Positions 12,296-25,480 of a DNA stretch of 64,000 bases are shown here, piece after piece. A model generated the notes under the pieces. It was not told where the DNA came from. It ran no database searches and saw only the letters and a program-made list of their open reading frames with translations. A program made the position numbers and the translations under genes. Every line of letters begins with the position of its first letter. Position 1 is the stretch's first letter. Source of the stretch: Pecten maximus (Eukaryota); contig NC_047023.1 of NCBI RefSeq assembly GCF_902652985.1, positions 15,996,001-16,060,000 on the forward strand, in the 5' to 3' direction.

Positions 12296-15084
12296 TGTAG
12301 AGGCCATGAAGTGTGGAAAAGGTATTTAATGAAATTCTACACAACAAGATTAAAATCAGATATTAAAAATATATGTGACATACAGAGGAAAACATCAAAG
12401 AATAAATGTACAAAGATTTGAATTATATCTTAACAAGCTACTCATGTTTTTTTTAATCAGCTATAACTGATCATATTAGATAATATTTACTTTAACTACT
12501 TAATTAGAGTTAACATTTGAATAGTTATGCTTTAGAATTTTCACAAGTATACATGATAATCACAGCGTTATATGTTTGAGATGACAAATATGGGGAAATT
12601 GCTCCTTTATTTCATATTAATATCATGATGTGATTAGAGATATAAAACAGTACTTATTTAAATAATGGGTTTTTTTCTCTATGAAACGCCTTCAAATATC
12701 ATTTAAATTTAACTCTTGCTAAGATTTATATATGTTTTACTATACAGTGAAACAATTAAAGGATTGATTATCAATGATACAAGTATTAGATACTTATTTG
12801 TGTTCTGGTCTATTTTCAGATCCATGTGGCCAAAGATTGAAATTGAAAAATCCATTTAAAAGTGAATTCTTTCATTGTTACACTCATTTGTAAATTCATA
12901 TGCGCCCATGTAAATAAACTCATATTCAATATAAACATATTTACTGTATTTGTTTCTGTTTCCGAAAGAGTAAGATGTAAGATGTAAGATCAATCAATTT
13001 GATATAATATCAAAACGTGCTGATTTATGAATATTTTGGATACAATTTGTCAATGTGAAACACACAAATCAGGTAAAATGACCTCGTCGGAATCTCCCTT
13101 AAGGGATTAAAACAGATAATAGACAAAGCATTACATAATTGAGTCATTCGAATTATGTATAACGACGTCTGCAGGTTTTCTGTCCTGTAGTCATTACACG
13201 AAATGTATACATGATATAATGCAATTTTAGATTTGACCTATAACCCTAAGCAAATGTGACGTATCTTAACATAATACTGGAGAAGATTCAATGTATTACT
13301 GAGAAAATCCCACTCGCCAATGTGTCTCCTTTCATATTACGAAACATACATCTGTCACACTATATAGACCTAGCTGTATTCTAGTCAGATTCACGACCAT
13401 ATATAGCCTGTTTGAAGTTATAAGTCTGTGTTTGTTAGTATGATGTTATTGTGGCAGTGTCCGTAAAAGGCTCTACTGAAAAGTTAACTCGTAGTAAGAG
13501 TAGATTTGTTCATTTTACAAATGTCTTAATTATTATCAACGAATATTGATAATCTAAAATCATGTATGATGTAGATTAAGAATAAATTCTGATAGAATGA
13601 AAAACATCAAAATACTGGAAAATTATTCAATACATCTACATGGAAAGTGTGAACATATGACAAAACTGAAAGAACAATGAATATTTACATAGATGCGGTC
13701 ATGACGTGATTGTTACGCCATTTTGATCAACGTCATGGGAATGGTTCGCTATGCGATATTAATTAATCAAACTCAACGAGGATTCTAATTGATAACAGTT
13801 AGGTTACTGTGATGTCATTCAGACGCTATGTTGATCTTTGTCCCAGTAATGCTTTGTACTGTGTGTCAAATTGGTTGCGAATCAATCACAAAAGGAATTT
13901 GATTTCAAGATGTTATTCTTTCAAATAATGATGCAGGGAAATGAATTAAAATAAAGGACGTGTTAATAACTTTAGGAAATACAAAGTTTAATCTATATAA
14001 ATGTAAATATACCAATTAAATGCTTGTTGGATTGTAATTATTGTCACTTTAAATAAAATCTTGAAGACAGATGACTATTCGTGGCGCCCTTCCTAAAGGA
14101 CGCCATTTTATGTATCTGTCACCAAGATAGCATTTATAGTGACAATAAATAAAATTTAACAAGCGTTTAATTATTCATGATATACATTCTGAAATCTACT
14201 GTTTGATGCAATTCTCGTCTTATACATTATCATATCAGATCTAAGTTCTAATATTTTTATTTATTTCATTTTTTTTTCTATTTTCCTAATTGTAATGAAT
14301 CGTATCTAAATATCTTATTTTTTTCGTAATTTTATAAAAATTACGACGAAAATAAGAAAGAAAAAAACATGGAACATATAGAATTTCATATCGCAAAAAT
14401 AAATTGAATATTTAGATAAATACCACGAAACACATGAAAATGGTCAAACGAAGAATGTTTGGATACTACTGCATTTATTAGAACGATAAACTCTTCGTCA
14501 CACATTGTTTCCGTAATTTTTACACATCTGTAATGAATCTGTATGTCAAACGTCATGCGCCAAAATAAAGCCATTGATCGAAAAAGACAAGTTACTATTT
14601 TGATAGGGTAAACATGATTTCGATATGTCTGACAGACTCATTTTCTCGACTTCCCTTCTGTTTTAGGCTCACCCCTTAACATCGATGACGAATCATAGAA
14701 TGTTTTAAGTGTGATTAAAAGACTGTTACCAGTATGTGTGTTTCAGATGAGGGAGTAGTTGAACATTCTACAAAAACAATTAAAACATCGCAAATGTAAT
14801 AACCGACTGTTTATTATCATATACCAAACTGTATGAGATAATTGTTCATCTGGTGCGGTATTACTGCTGTAGACGCTTAGGAAGCTATACATCTTGGTAC
14901 AAGATCTGTACACGAGGATTGTAGCAGATTATCAAAATCACTAGCGATATAAAGATCACAATATTTCAAAAGCTAGTTGTGTATTATATAAATTCTAGTA
15001 AATATAGAGTAGCATATACATTACGACAAACAACGTGGCTCTACTATTTTAGATGATGTAGTGTTTCCGAATCACTCTGTAGCT

Positions 15085-15961
15085 TCACAACCACAAGGGC
15101 GATCTATTATTACTTCCTCTAATGTTGCTGAGGTGTTGGTCTCTTTGTGACTGTCGGTCACTCATTACCTGGTCAATATGCCCCTGTAGATCACTCTGTA
15201 TCTGCTGGTTTCTTTCTTGCATGTCACTTATGAGCTGACTATTGATCCAAGGGTTGTTGTTTATAGGTGAGCCCCAGTGGGCGCCGCCTGCCAATGGATG
15301 ACCCATCCTATATGGATTCACCATCCGATCTAAACAATCAATAAAGAACATGAAGGTAGTGGGTATTTTAACTACAGTAAAATATTTATATAAAAGTTAT
15401 ATGTATATAGCTATCATCCATAAATCAAGATGTATAGGTCCAAGTTGGTATTGCAGAAATTAATATTTATATAAAAGCTAAATGAATACAGCTAGCATCC
15501 ATAATTCAAGATGTACAGGTCCAATGTATATTAAAACGCAGTAGTTATTGGAGTGGATACAACAGGGGGAGGGGTGGTATTATAATTAGAAATACAATAT
15601 ACAGCGTTATTGAGGCATAGAGAATATATATCTGTAGTACAATTGTATTATGTAAAATATCACTACATACAGTATAAGATAATGTCCTTAAATGGTATTA
15701 AAAGCAATTGATTGATTATAAGCACAGGACAGAAAACTAGTGTCAGCGTTCTATTCTGCGTTTATGATATAAACTACAACGTCACAGAATGCCAATTAGG
15801 TCGTATCTGACGCTTTCTCTATCATAGCATCAACATCTTAACACAAACTATGGTATGTAAACATGGACGACAAAAACCATGCTGTTTGGCTACTTACTGT
15901 AAATTGGCTGGCATGCAGTCAGAACGACTAGCAATGGTAAAAGGCCAATCACCCGCAACAT
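15085..15961 (-). CDS. Secreted Asn/Gln/Asp-rich small protein, class B copy 1, 102 aa; coding exons 15961-15898 and 15329-15085
   Basis: MLRVIGLLPLLVVLTACQPIY|NRMVNPYRMGHPLAGGAHWGSPINNNPWINSQLISDMQERNQQIQSDLQGHIDQVMSDRQSQRDQHLSNIRGSNNRSPLWL*. GTAAGT donor, TGTTTAG acceptor, phase 1; exon 1 donor after 17601; TATA ~17648-17657. Confidence 0.88.
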
Positions 15962-16084
15962 CTTGATTGTACTGTTTCCTGTGGACAAATAGATATCAGT
16001 CAGACAATCCATAAATTCCACCTCTGTTTACAGCCTAAACGCACAAAGCTGATAAGGACTTATAAGTCTTAGCGCGCGACTTTA

Positions 16085-16600
16085 GTGGTCCCCTACTTCT
16101 TTGGAAACAAAACTTTTTTTGCAGACTCCTTCACCTACTTATTCTGATACAATACCATTTCTGGAGACACAGTCCCCTACTTCTTTCGACACAGTTCTAT
16201 TTATGTAGACACAATCTACTTATTTAGATACAACGTTTTTTCTATAGAAACAGTCCCTTACTTTTTAAGATACAATACTACTCTGTAGAAACAGTCCCCT
16301 ACTTCTTTAGATGCAATGATATTTCTTTAGATACAAACCCCTATTTTTTTTTAGATCAGATACTATTTCTATAGAAACAGTCCCTTACTTTTTAAGATAC
16401 AATACTACTCTGTAGAAACAGTCCCCTACTTCATTAGATGCAATGCTATTTCTTTAGATACAAACCCCTAATTTTTTTAGATACAATACTACTCTGTAGA
16501 AACAGTCCCTTAAATTTCTAAATACAATAATATTTTGGTAGACACTGCCCCCTTTTACTTAGATACAGTATTTTCCGGTAGACACTTTCCCTACCTTTGT
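16085..16600. repeat. ~41 bp minisatellite (GAAACAGTCCCCTACTTCTTTAGATACAATACTA...) in intron 1 of class B gene; duplicate at ~25605-26125
   Basis: About 12 degenerate units visible. Confidence 0.8.
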
Positions 16601-17159
16601 TGAGATATATTCATTTCGGTACATATATTCTTTTGTGTTAGACCATACCTAGACTTATAATAATATAAGCTATGATGTCATGCAAATACTTTACACACAT
16701 TGCTACTGCAGAATATTTACATTTCCACTGTGTGTTCTCTATATGGAGGTACTAACAAAATTAGCGTTTATTCCTAGGTGAACAATTAACCTGCCACGTA
16801 TGAATACATACAGTACATTGTTGACGGTGCCACGTAGAATGCAGAAGTGTGAATATAACATCGCGTTTGATTACACATGAAATAATGTTTTATCAACTTT
16901 AAAACTTGTTAATAATTGTAAAATTGAAGACAACATTTCAATATTTTTCTTTATGATGATTAAAATAATGAATTTGTGTGGAACTATATTTTGTGTACTT
17001 GTGTACTTGATTACCTTTCCCGCCAAATTGGAACTATCTGTTACGCTGTTACATCGAACATTCAGCTGTTTCGTCACTACGTATAACGAACGTAGAATAC
17101 TGTTTCTTATGATTTTTTTCTAAGATTACGTTGAAAAATAGTTTTGAAATGTAAATATT

Positions 17160-17318
17160 AGAAATAATTGTTATTTTTTGTTGTTCACTGGTGTATGAAC
17201 GGCATTTTTTGACAGATATTTCAACATGACGCGCTAACGCTAACGCGCGTCATTTAAAATATCTGTCAAAAAATGCCGTTCATACACCAGTGAACAACAA
17301 AAAATAACAATTATTTCT
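17160..17318. mobile_element. Hairpin/MITE-like element with ~62 bp perfect inverted arms
   Basis: AGAAATAATTGTTATTTTTTGTTGTTCACTGGTGTATGAACGGCATTTTTTGACAGATATTT and its reverse complement at ~17257-17318. Confidence 0.75.
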
Positions 17319-18698
17319 TAACACACAGCCATTAAAAATATCTTAAGAGTCTTTCTGCTTCTATGGACACAATATTATTTCTCAATACACATTGCTGTTT
17401 TTGAAGATTCACAGCCAGTGAAAATAAAGCCTAGTAATTGATATAGATAGTTTACTAATGTCGATTAACATATCAATTAAAGTAGTGTCCTATTAGTTTA
17501 AATATTTGTTGAAATGGGTCACATTTTATATACGTTTATACGTTAAGTGCGTACATATCCACAAAACTAATGACTGAATCTTTTAGTAACGTGAACTTAC
17601 CTTTGTCGTGTCGCCTGACCAACTACAGTTAAACTGCTATCTGCCGATATATTTATAAACCAGAGTGACAATGAATTCAGTCGAAGATCGATGTATACGT
17701 CAGTAGGTTAACATATTTATGCAATAATTATAAAGTTATTCACACTTTGTACGGCGACAATTTTATGGTGATATTTAAGAGTCACCTAATGAAATATAAA
17801 ATGTGGTCTATGTGAGAGAGCTACATGAATATTTAATTATGTATGTGTGTAGCTTCCTTATTTCTATTCTCACCAGGTGAACACATTGATATTGCAGTGT
17901 TAGATTAATTTGATATACCTTTCACTTTTCAGATTTTTATATTTTTGCATCTTAGCTTACCTTGTTTTGAGTTTTTATTTTGCCTTTCTTTGTTGTGCGC
18001 CAGTGTCCAAACTTCAGTCATGTGATTCTACTTCCCTGTCCACCACCAACACTTATGTAATATGCTAGCTGCTTCCAATTGACTTTGCTAGGGAGTAAGT
18101 AACCACGGGAAAGACACACTATTTCTAAGGATTTGTTTAGGGAGTGCGTAACCAGATAAAATTCTAGCTGCATTCTATAGACTGATGAAAATATCTCACT
18201 TTTTAGACGAGCGTTACAACTCTAAGCGAATGTTCATTAGTTCGGTCTTAGGCGGAGGTCCTGAAATCCATATTGTATCACATTGTATATAAAAAGATCA
18301 ATGTTTTGTTGTCCAACACAACCTGCCCTGACAGTATCAGAACAAGTAAACACTATAGATAAGGTAAGTCTAGGAATATCTGTGTGCTTGTAGTATATTT
18401 ATAATATCACGTGTAGTCAGTAATGTTATACCATCAAGACATGTGTGAACATTTATATGACAATTAGAAGAAAATAGCAACATGAAAACATTACAAATCT
18501 AAATCGATAGCTAAGATGAAGCAGATATAGATTTACATGAAAAAAAGGGGTACATTAAGCATTAAAAGCCATTATTTTTATCACTGAAAGAGATAATTAT
18601 ATTACTTTGTATGTAATTATCATGTATTCTCATGCTATGTACATTGCATAAAAGAGTTTTAACGTGTCATTTACAGAATTGGAAATACCAACCTAAAG

Positions 18699-20372
18699 AT
18701 GCTGAAGCTGATCGTACTGTCCTGCCTGGTGGCCTGCGTCGTGTGTCAATCTTACCGTACGTTATATATCTTATTCTCTTGTTGCATTATATCACAGGCT
18801 GTAAGGTTTTCGATATTTGTTCTATCGGTGCTCCCTTTATCTACCATACAATAACACAGTGAACATCACTTTATTTCAGTTAATTCATATTAAAACTTAA
18901 TTATGTATGGTGTTTGTTTTGAAAGAAATAGTAAATTAACGAGACAAACATTACAAATACAAATAGGTGATGCATTTACTTTGGTAATCATAGTAACATT
19001 GACTGAATTTAATAGTTTACACTTATTTAATAATATACTGTATGTTGGCCCATCATATATGAAAGCAGAGAATATTAACCTGTAAACAAGATCCTGGTTC
19101 TAACTCAAAACTTAAAATATGAACAAATACAGATTTTCTTTGAAAAATACCAAGGAAAACTAGATCAGGTGTTCAAGAAGTATAAGCTCTTCTCCTTCAT
19201 CGGCGACACACACCATGGAAATCTAGGTCCAATATCGGTAAAGTCGTGTTCACAAAATGAGAACCACTTAGTGGCATCTGAACTTCGTATCGGAATATAA
19301 TTATAAGTGGCAAAGGACTGTGAAAGTGTGTTACCTGTTCGAGCTAGAAATCGGTTAACTCAGCCAAAGACTGGCACTATCAAACAAAACATCATTTGAG
19401 GCAAAGTCGAGTCCGTTAGAGATTCTAAACACACACCGATGTGAAATGTAGATAAGTGTATCAAAAATTAAATAAACGAACTATATGAAGTTTGAACTGA
19501 ATTATTACCGCCACCTCTCTCAGTTACACGTCAAATCATCCATATAAAGAAATGACGTCAATTCTATTTGCGCCGAAGGTATTTGGCAGATAGGTAGCGT
19601 ATGATTTTCCCTGTCTAATTTACGATAGGGACGGCTGCACAGAAGCCACATCAGTACATTATATCTTTGATCATATGTTTTGTAAAAAAACAACAACGTA
19701 TATACCGAAAATATTAATAAAACTGCATCATACAGCTGTTTCGTCCCTTCTAGAAATCGTTAGTAATGCTATGTGCATAAAAATAGAGGATGGGTTTAAC
19801 GGGAAGCCGGGAAAATAAATCAAACATAGCATGGACATATGTTCAAATATAGAAGCGAAGGTGCATTAATCTTATTTTGATAACATAAGCTTGTTATAAT
19901 TCGTTATTTATTTCATGAAGATCACAAACAGCCCTAGGGCTTACATTAGCTTAATTATGTTCATTCTTTATATTGAATAATTTTAATATACATTTAATAC
20001 CTAGGTATAATATGGGGCGGTGTCATCTAAGTATTTCTTAATTATTTTAATTTAAATTATTCTTTCTAATTATATGGATGATTATAAACAATACATTATC
20101 AGGTAACCAATAATGTGTTTGTAAAAAAATTTAAAAAAAAAATAAAAAAAAAAAAAAGGTAAAAATAGTTATCACCATTACATGACCAATATGAGGAAGA
20201 CGTGACTCCTTCCTGTTAGACGGTATCATTGGTAACAGTTGGGATACTGGATTGGATCGTTGGGGATCCGATCGCTGGGGATAATGACGCATGGAATCGT
20301 GATATATACGGAAGTGACGTGTACCGACATGGAGACAGAAGGTGGAGAAACAGGAGAATAGACAGATATTGA
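18699..20372 (+). pseudogene. Class A copy 4, disabled duplicate of 10638-12295
   Basis: Signal exon 18699-18756 intact. Exon 3 acceptor CAG>CAT (20183), in-frame TGA at 20192-20194, +1 A at 20281 producing GGA TAA; upstream promoter removed by the duplication junction. Confidence 0.85.
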
Positions 20373-23300
20373 TGTAGAGGCCATGAAGTGTGGAAAAGGT
20401 ATTTAATGAAATTCTACACAACAAGATTAAAATCAGATATTAAAAATATATGTGACATACAGAGGAAAACATCAAAGAATAAATGTACAAAGATTTGAAT
20501 TATATCTTAACAAGCAACTCATGTTTTTTTTAAATCAGCTATAACTGATCATATTAGATAATATTTACTTTAACTACTTAATTAGAGTTAACATTTGAAT
20601 AGTTATGCTTTAGAATTTTCACAAGTATACATGATAATCACTGCGTTATATGTTTGAGATGACAAATATGGGGAAATTGCTCCTTTATTTCACATTAATA
20701 TCATGATGTGATTAGAGATATAAAACAGTACTTATTTAAATAATGGGTTTGTTTTCTCTATGAAACGCCTTCAAATATCATTTAAATTTAACTCTTGCTA
20801 AGATTTATGTATGTTTTACTATACAGTGAAACAATTAAAGGATTGATTATCAATGATACAAATATTAGTTACTTATTTGTGTTCTGGTCTATTTTCAGAT
20901 CCATGTGGCCAAAGATTGAAATTGAAAAATCCATTTAAAAGTGAATTCTTTCATTGTTACACTCATTTGTAAATTCATATGCGCCCATGTAAATAAACTC
21001 ATATTCAATATAAACATATTTACTGTATTTGTTTCTGTTTCCGAAAGAGTAAGATGTAAGATCAATCAATTTGATATAATATCAAAACGTGCTGATTTAT
21101 GAATATTTTGGATACAATTTGTCAATGTCAAACACACAAATCTGGTAAAATGACCTCGTCGGAATCTCACTTAAGGGATTAAACAGATAATAGACAAAGC
21201 ATTACATAATTGAGTCATCCGAATTATGTATAACGACGTCTGCAGGTTTTCTGTCATGTAGTCATTACACGAAATGTATACATGATATAATGCAATTTTA
21301 GATTTGACCTATAACCCTAAGCAAATGTGAGGTATCTTAACATAATACTGGAGAAGATTCTATGAGAAAATCCCACTCGCCAATGTGTCTCCTTTCATAT
21401 CACGAAACATACATCTGTCACACTATATAGACCTAGCTGTATTCTAGTCAGATTCACGACCATATATAGTCTGTTGGAAGTTATAAGTCTGTGTTTGTTA
21501 GTATGATGTTATTGAGGCAGTGTCCGTAAAAGGCTCTACTGAATAGTTAACTCGTAGTTAGAGTAGATTTGTTCATTTTACAAATGTCTTAATTATTATC
21601 AACGAATATTGATAATCTTAAATCATATATGATGTAGATTAAGTATAAATTCTGATAGAATGAAAAAAATCAAAATACTGGAAAATTATTCAATACATCT
21701 ACATGGAAAGTGTGAGCATATGACAAAACTGAAAGAACACTGAATATTTACATAGATGCGGTCATGACGTGATTGTTACGCCATTTTGATCAACGTCATG
21801 GGGGAATGGTTCGCTATGCGATATTAATGAATCAAACTCAACGAGGATTCTAATTGATAACAGTTAGGTTACTGTGATGTCATTCAGACGCTATGTTGAT
21901 CTTTGTCCCAGTAATGCTTTGTACTGTGTGTCAAATTGGTTGCGAATCAATTACAGATAGGAATTTGATTACAAGATGTTATTCTTTCAAATAATGATGC
22001 AGGGAAATGAATTAAAATAAAGGACGTGTTAATAACTTTAGGAAATACAAAGTTTAATCTATATAAATGTAAATATACCAATTAAATGCTTGTTGGATTG
22101 TAATTATTGTCACTTTAAATAAAATCTTAGAGACAGATGACTATTCGTGGCGCCCTTCCTAAAGGACGCCATTTTATGTATCTGTCACCAAGATAGCATT
22201 TATAGTGACAATAAATAAAATTTAACAAGCGTTTAATTATTCATGATATACATTCTGAAATCTACTGTTTGATGCAATTTTCGTCTTATACATTATCATA
22301 TCAGATTTAAGTTCTAATATTTTTATTTATTTCATTTTTTTTCTATTTTCCTAATTGTAATGAATCGTATCTAAATATTTTATTTTTTTCGTAATTTTAT
22401 AAAAATTACGACGAAAATAAGAAAGAAAAAAGCATCGAACATATAGAATTTCATATCGCAAAAATAAATTGAATATTTAGATAAATACCACGAAACACGT
22501 GAAAATGGTCAAACGAAGAATGTTTGGATACTACTGCATTTATTAGTACGATAAACTCTTCGTCACACATTGTTTCCGTAATTTGTACCCATCTGTAATG
22601 GATTTGTATGTCAAACGTCATGCGCCAAAATAAAGCCATTGATCGAAAAAGACACAAGTTACTATTTTGATAGGGTAAACATGATTTCGATATATCTGAC
22701 AGACTCATTTTCTCGACTTCCCTTCTGTTTTAGGCTCACCCCTTAACATCAATGACGAATCATAATATGTAGTGTCAAAACAACTGTATTCATAAAGAGT
22801 CACTGACCATGTCTATTGTAATATTTAACTTTAAATAAATTACTCTGTAGCTATGAATACACAGCTAGTTAGGTATGGATCACATTTATGCCTGAAGCCT
22901 ACAACACGTCTTCGGCTGTCATATAATTGTCATTTAAGACAGACAACATATATAAATATGTATATGTACACATGATAGCCCTTATTAAAAGTTATTAGTA
23001 CATTTACATAATTATCTTTCAAAAATATCACCTCAATCTGTCAACAACGATGCACTTGGTGACATGAATTCTGAAATGTTTCTATATTTAGAACCATTAG
23101 ATTATTAGACGTGAGCCTTCCATTTGCCTTTTTTGCTTACTGAGACTTCCTCAACCTAGGGCCTGTTCGTTTATGCAGTCAAACAGGTTCGTCTGAAATA
23201 ATTTTAAATCAGCTTAAATTGGGATGAGTCCACACAATGCTTCTCCAACTCTATCAACCATAGGTACCTCAAGGTTTTGATAACCTGTTCTTGAAACCGC

Positions 23301-24603
23301 CTGAAGAAATGAGTCTGATATAAATGAAAACGGCCAAACTAAAATGTTTTGAAAATGTGTTTATTCACATTTTATCATTTCCAGCCATTGATGTAAGAAC
23401 AAAAATCCAAAATATCGTTTTATATCATCCTATTAAATCCCCACCGCGACCATCCCAGTTCCAGTTAACGTGAGTGTGTATCATTCCCTCCCCATCAAGT
23501 CGATCCCCGTTAGATAATATTGTATAACAACCCCTTTAGCAATCATTAAACCCTAATTAATTTATAATCAACTCAGACGCAGAATCCAATACACCATGTT
23601 CTCATTTTACCAATTCTATGGCATGGTATTCAACATAATTCGTACTATCTTTGTATTTATATTCCATTTAATGGAAGGTGTATCTCGGTAATATGGACAC
23701 TTCATGAAAAGCTCTTGTAGATTATCTTTTGGAATGATACCATGATCTCACTAATGTTGCGGGTTGGACAGAGCGCTTTCTCGATCAAGAAACATTCAAA
23801 ATAGTATCGAACGATTAACAAATAACCAACAAACCATCACAGAGCCACTGGGAAGCATGATTATGGACTTTCAGTATTTCCAAGCAAATGCAATATTTTG
23901 CCGTTGAAGTGATTGTTTTTTATTCACCATATGTATTTCCAGATCAAGGAATACTTAAAAAACCAATAAGTACAAAGGCAAACATTGACAGTATATTAAG
24001 TTATTAACCGACTGTTTAATTCCGTCTGTCTTATATCAGATGATATATTAAGGTCGTGGCTATGGAGGTGTGTAGAACAGTCTTTTTAGATGGGAAAAAG
24101 GCAGTTCAGACATAGTTAATAGAAATAAAGGGAAAAAACCTACCGATTGTTTTGCCACGATCTGTCATATATAGAGGTTTTCATTATATTTTCATCGTGT
24201 CACTGTTAATCTAAGTGTGATTAAAAGACTGTTACCAGTATGTGTGTTTCAGATGAGGGAGTACTTGAACTTTCTACAAAAACAATTAAAACATCGCAAA
24301 TGTAATAACCGACTGTTTATTATCATATACCAAACTGTACGAGACAATTGTTCATCTGGTGCGATATTACTGTTGTGGACGCTTAGGAAGCTATACATCT
24401 TGGTACGAGATGGAAAAGAACTGTACACGAGGATTGTAGCAGATTATCAAAGTCACTAGCGATATAAAGATCACAATATTTCAAAAGCTAGTTGTGTACT
24501 ATATAAATTCTAGTAAATATAGAGTAGCATATACATTACGACAAACAACAGTGGCTTTACTATTTTAGATGATGTAGTGTCTCCGAATCACTCGGTAGCT
24601 TCT

Positions 24604-25480
24604 CTACCACAAGGACCATCTATTATTACTTCCTCTAATGTCGCTGAGGAATTGGTCTCTTTGTGACTGTCGGTCACTCATTACCTGGTCAATATGCCCC
24701 TGTAGATCACTCTGTATCTGCTGGTTTCTTTCTTCCATGTCACTTATGAGCTGACTATTTACCCAAGGGTTGTTGTTTATAGGTGAGCCCCAGTGGGCGC
24801 GGCCTGCCAATGGATGGCCCATCCTATATGGATTCACCATCCGATCTAAACAATCAATAAAGAACATGAAGATAGTGGGTATTTTAACTACAGTAAATTA
24901 TTTATATAAAAGTTATATGTATATAGCTATCATCCATAATTCAAGATGTATACGTCCAAGTTGGTATTGCAGAAATTAATATCATTATTAATAAAAGCTA
25001 TATGAATACAGCTAGCATCCATAATTCAAGATATACAGGTCCAATGTATATTAAAACGCAGTAGTTATTGGAGTGGATACAACAGGGGGAGGGGTGGTAT
25101 TATAATTAGAAATACAATATATGCGTTATTGAGGCATAGAGAATATATATCTGTAGTACAATTGTATTATGTAAAATATCACTACATACAGTATAAGATA
25201 ATGTCCTTAAATGGTATTAAAAGCAATTGATTGATTATAAGCACAGGACAGAAAACTAGTGTCAGCGTTCTATTCTGCGTTTATGATATAAACTACAACG
25301 TCACAGAATGCCAATTAGGTCGTATCTGACGCTTTCTCTATCATAGCATCAACATCTTAACACAAACTATGGTATGTAAACATGGACGACAAAAACCATG
25401 CTGTTTGGCTACTTACTGTAAATTGGCTGGCATGCAGTCAGAACGACTAGCAATGGTAAAAGGCCAATCACCCGCAACAT
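24604..25480 (-). CDS. Secreted Asn/Gln/Asp-rich small protein, class B copy 2, 101 aa; coding exons 25480-25417 and 24845-24604
   Basis: Same structure as 15085-15961, splice sites intact; exon 1 donor after 27065, TATA ~27111-27122; ends ...DQFLSDIRGSNNRWSLW*. Confidence 0.86.
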
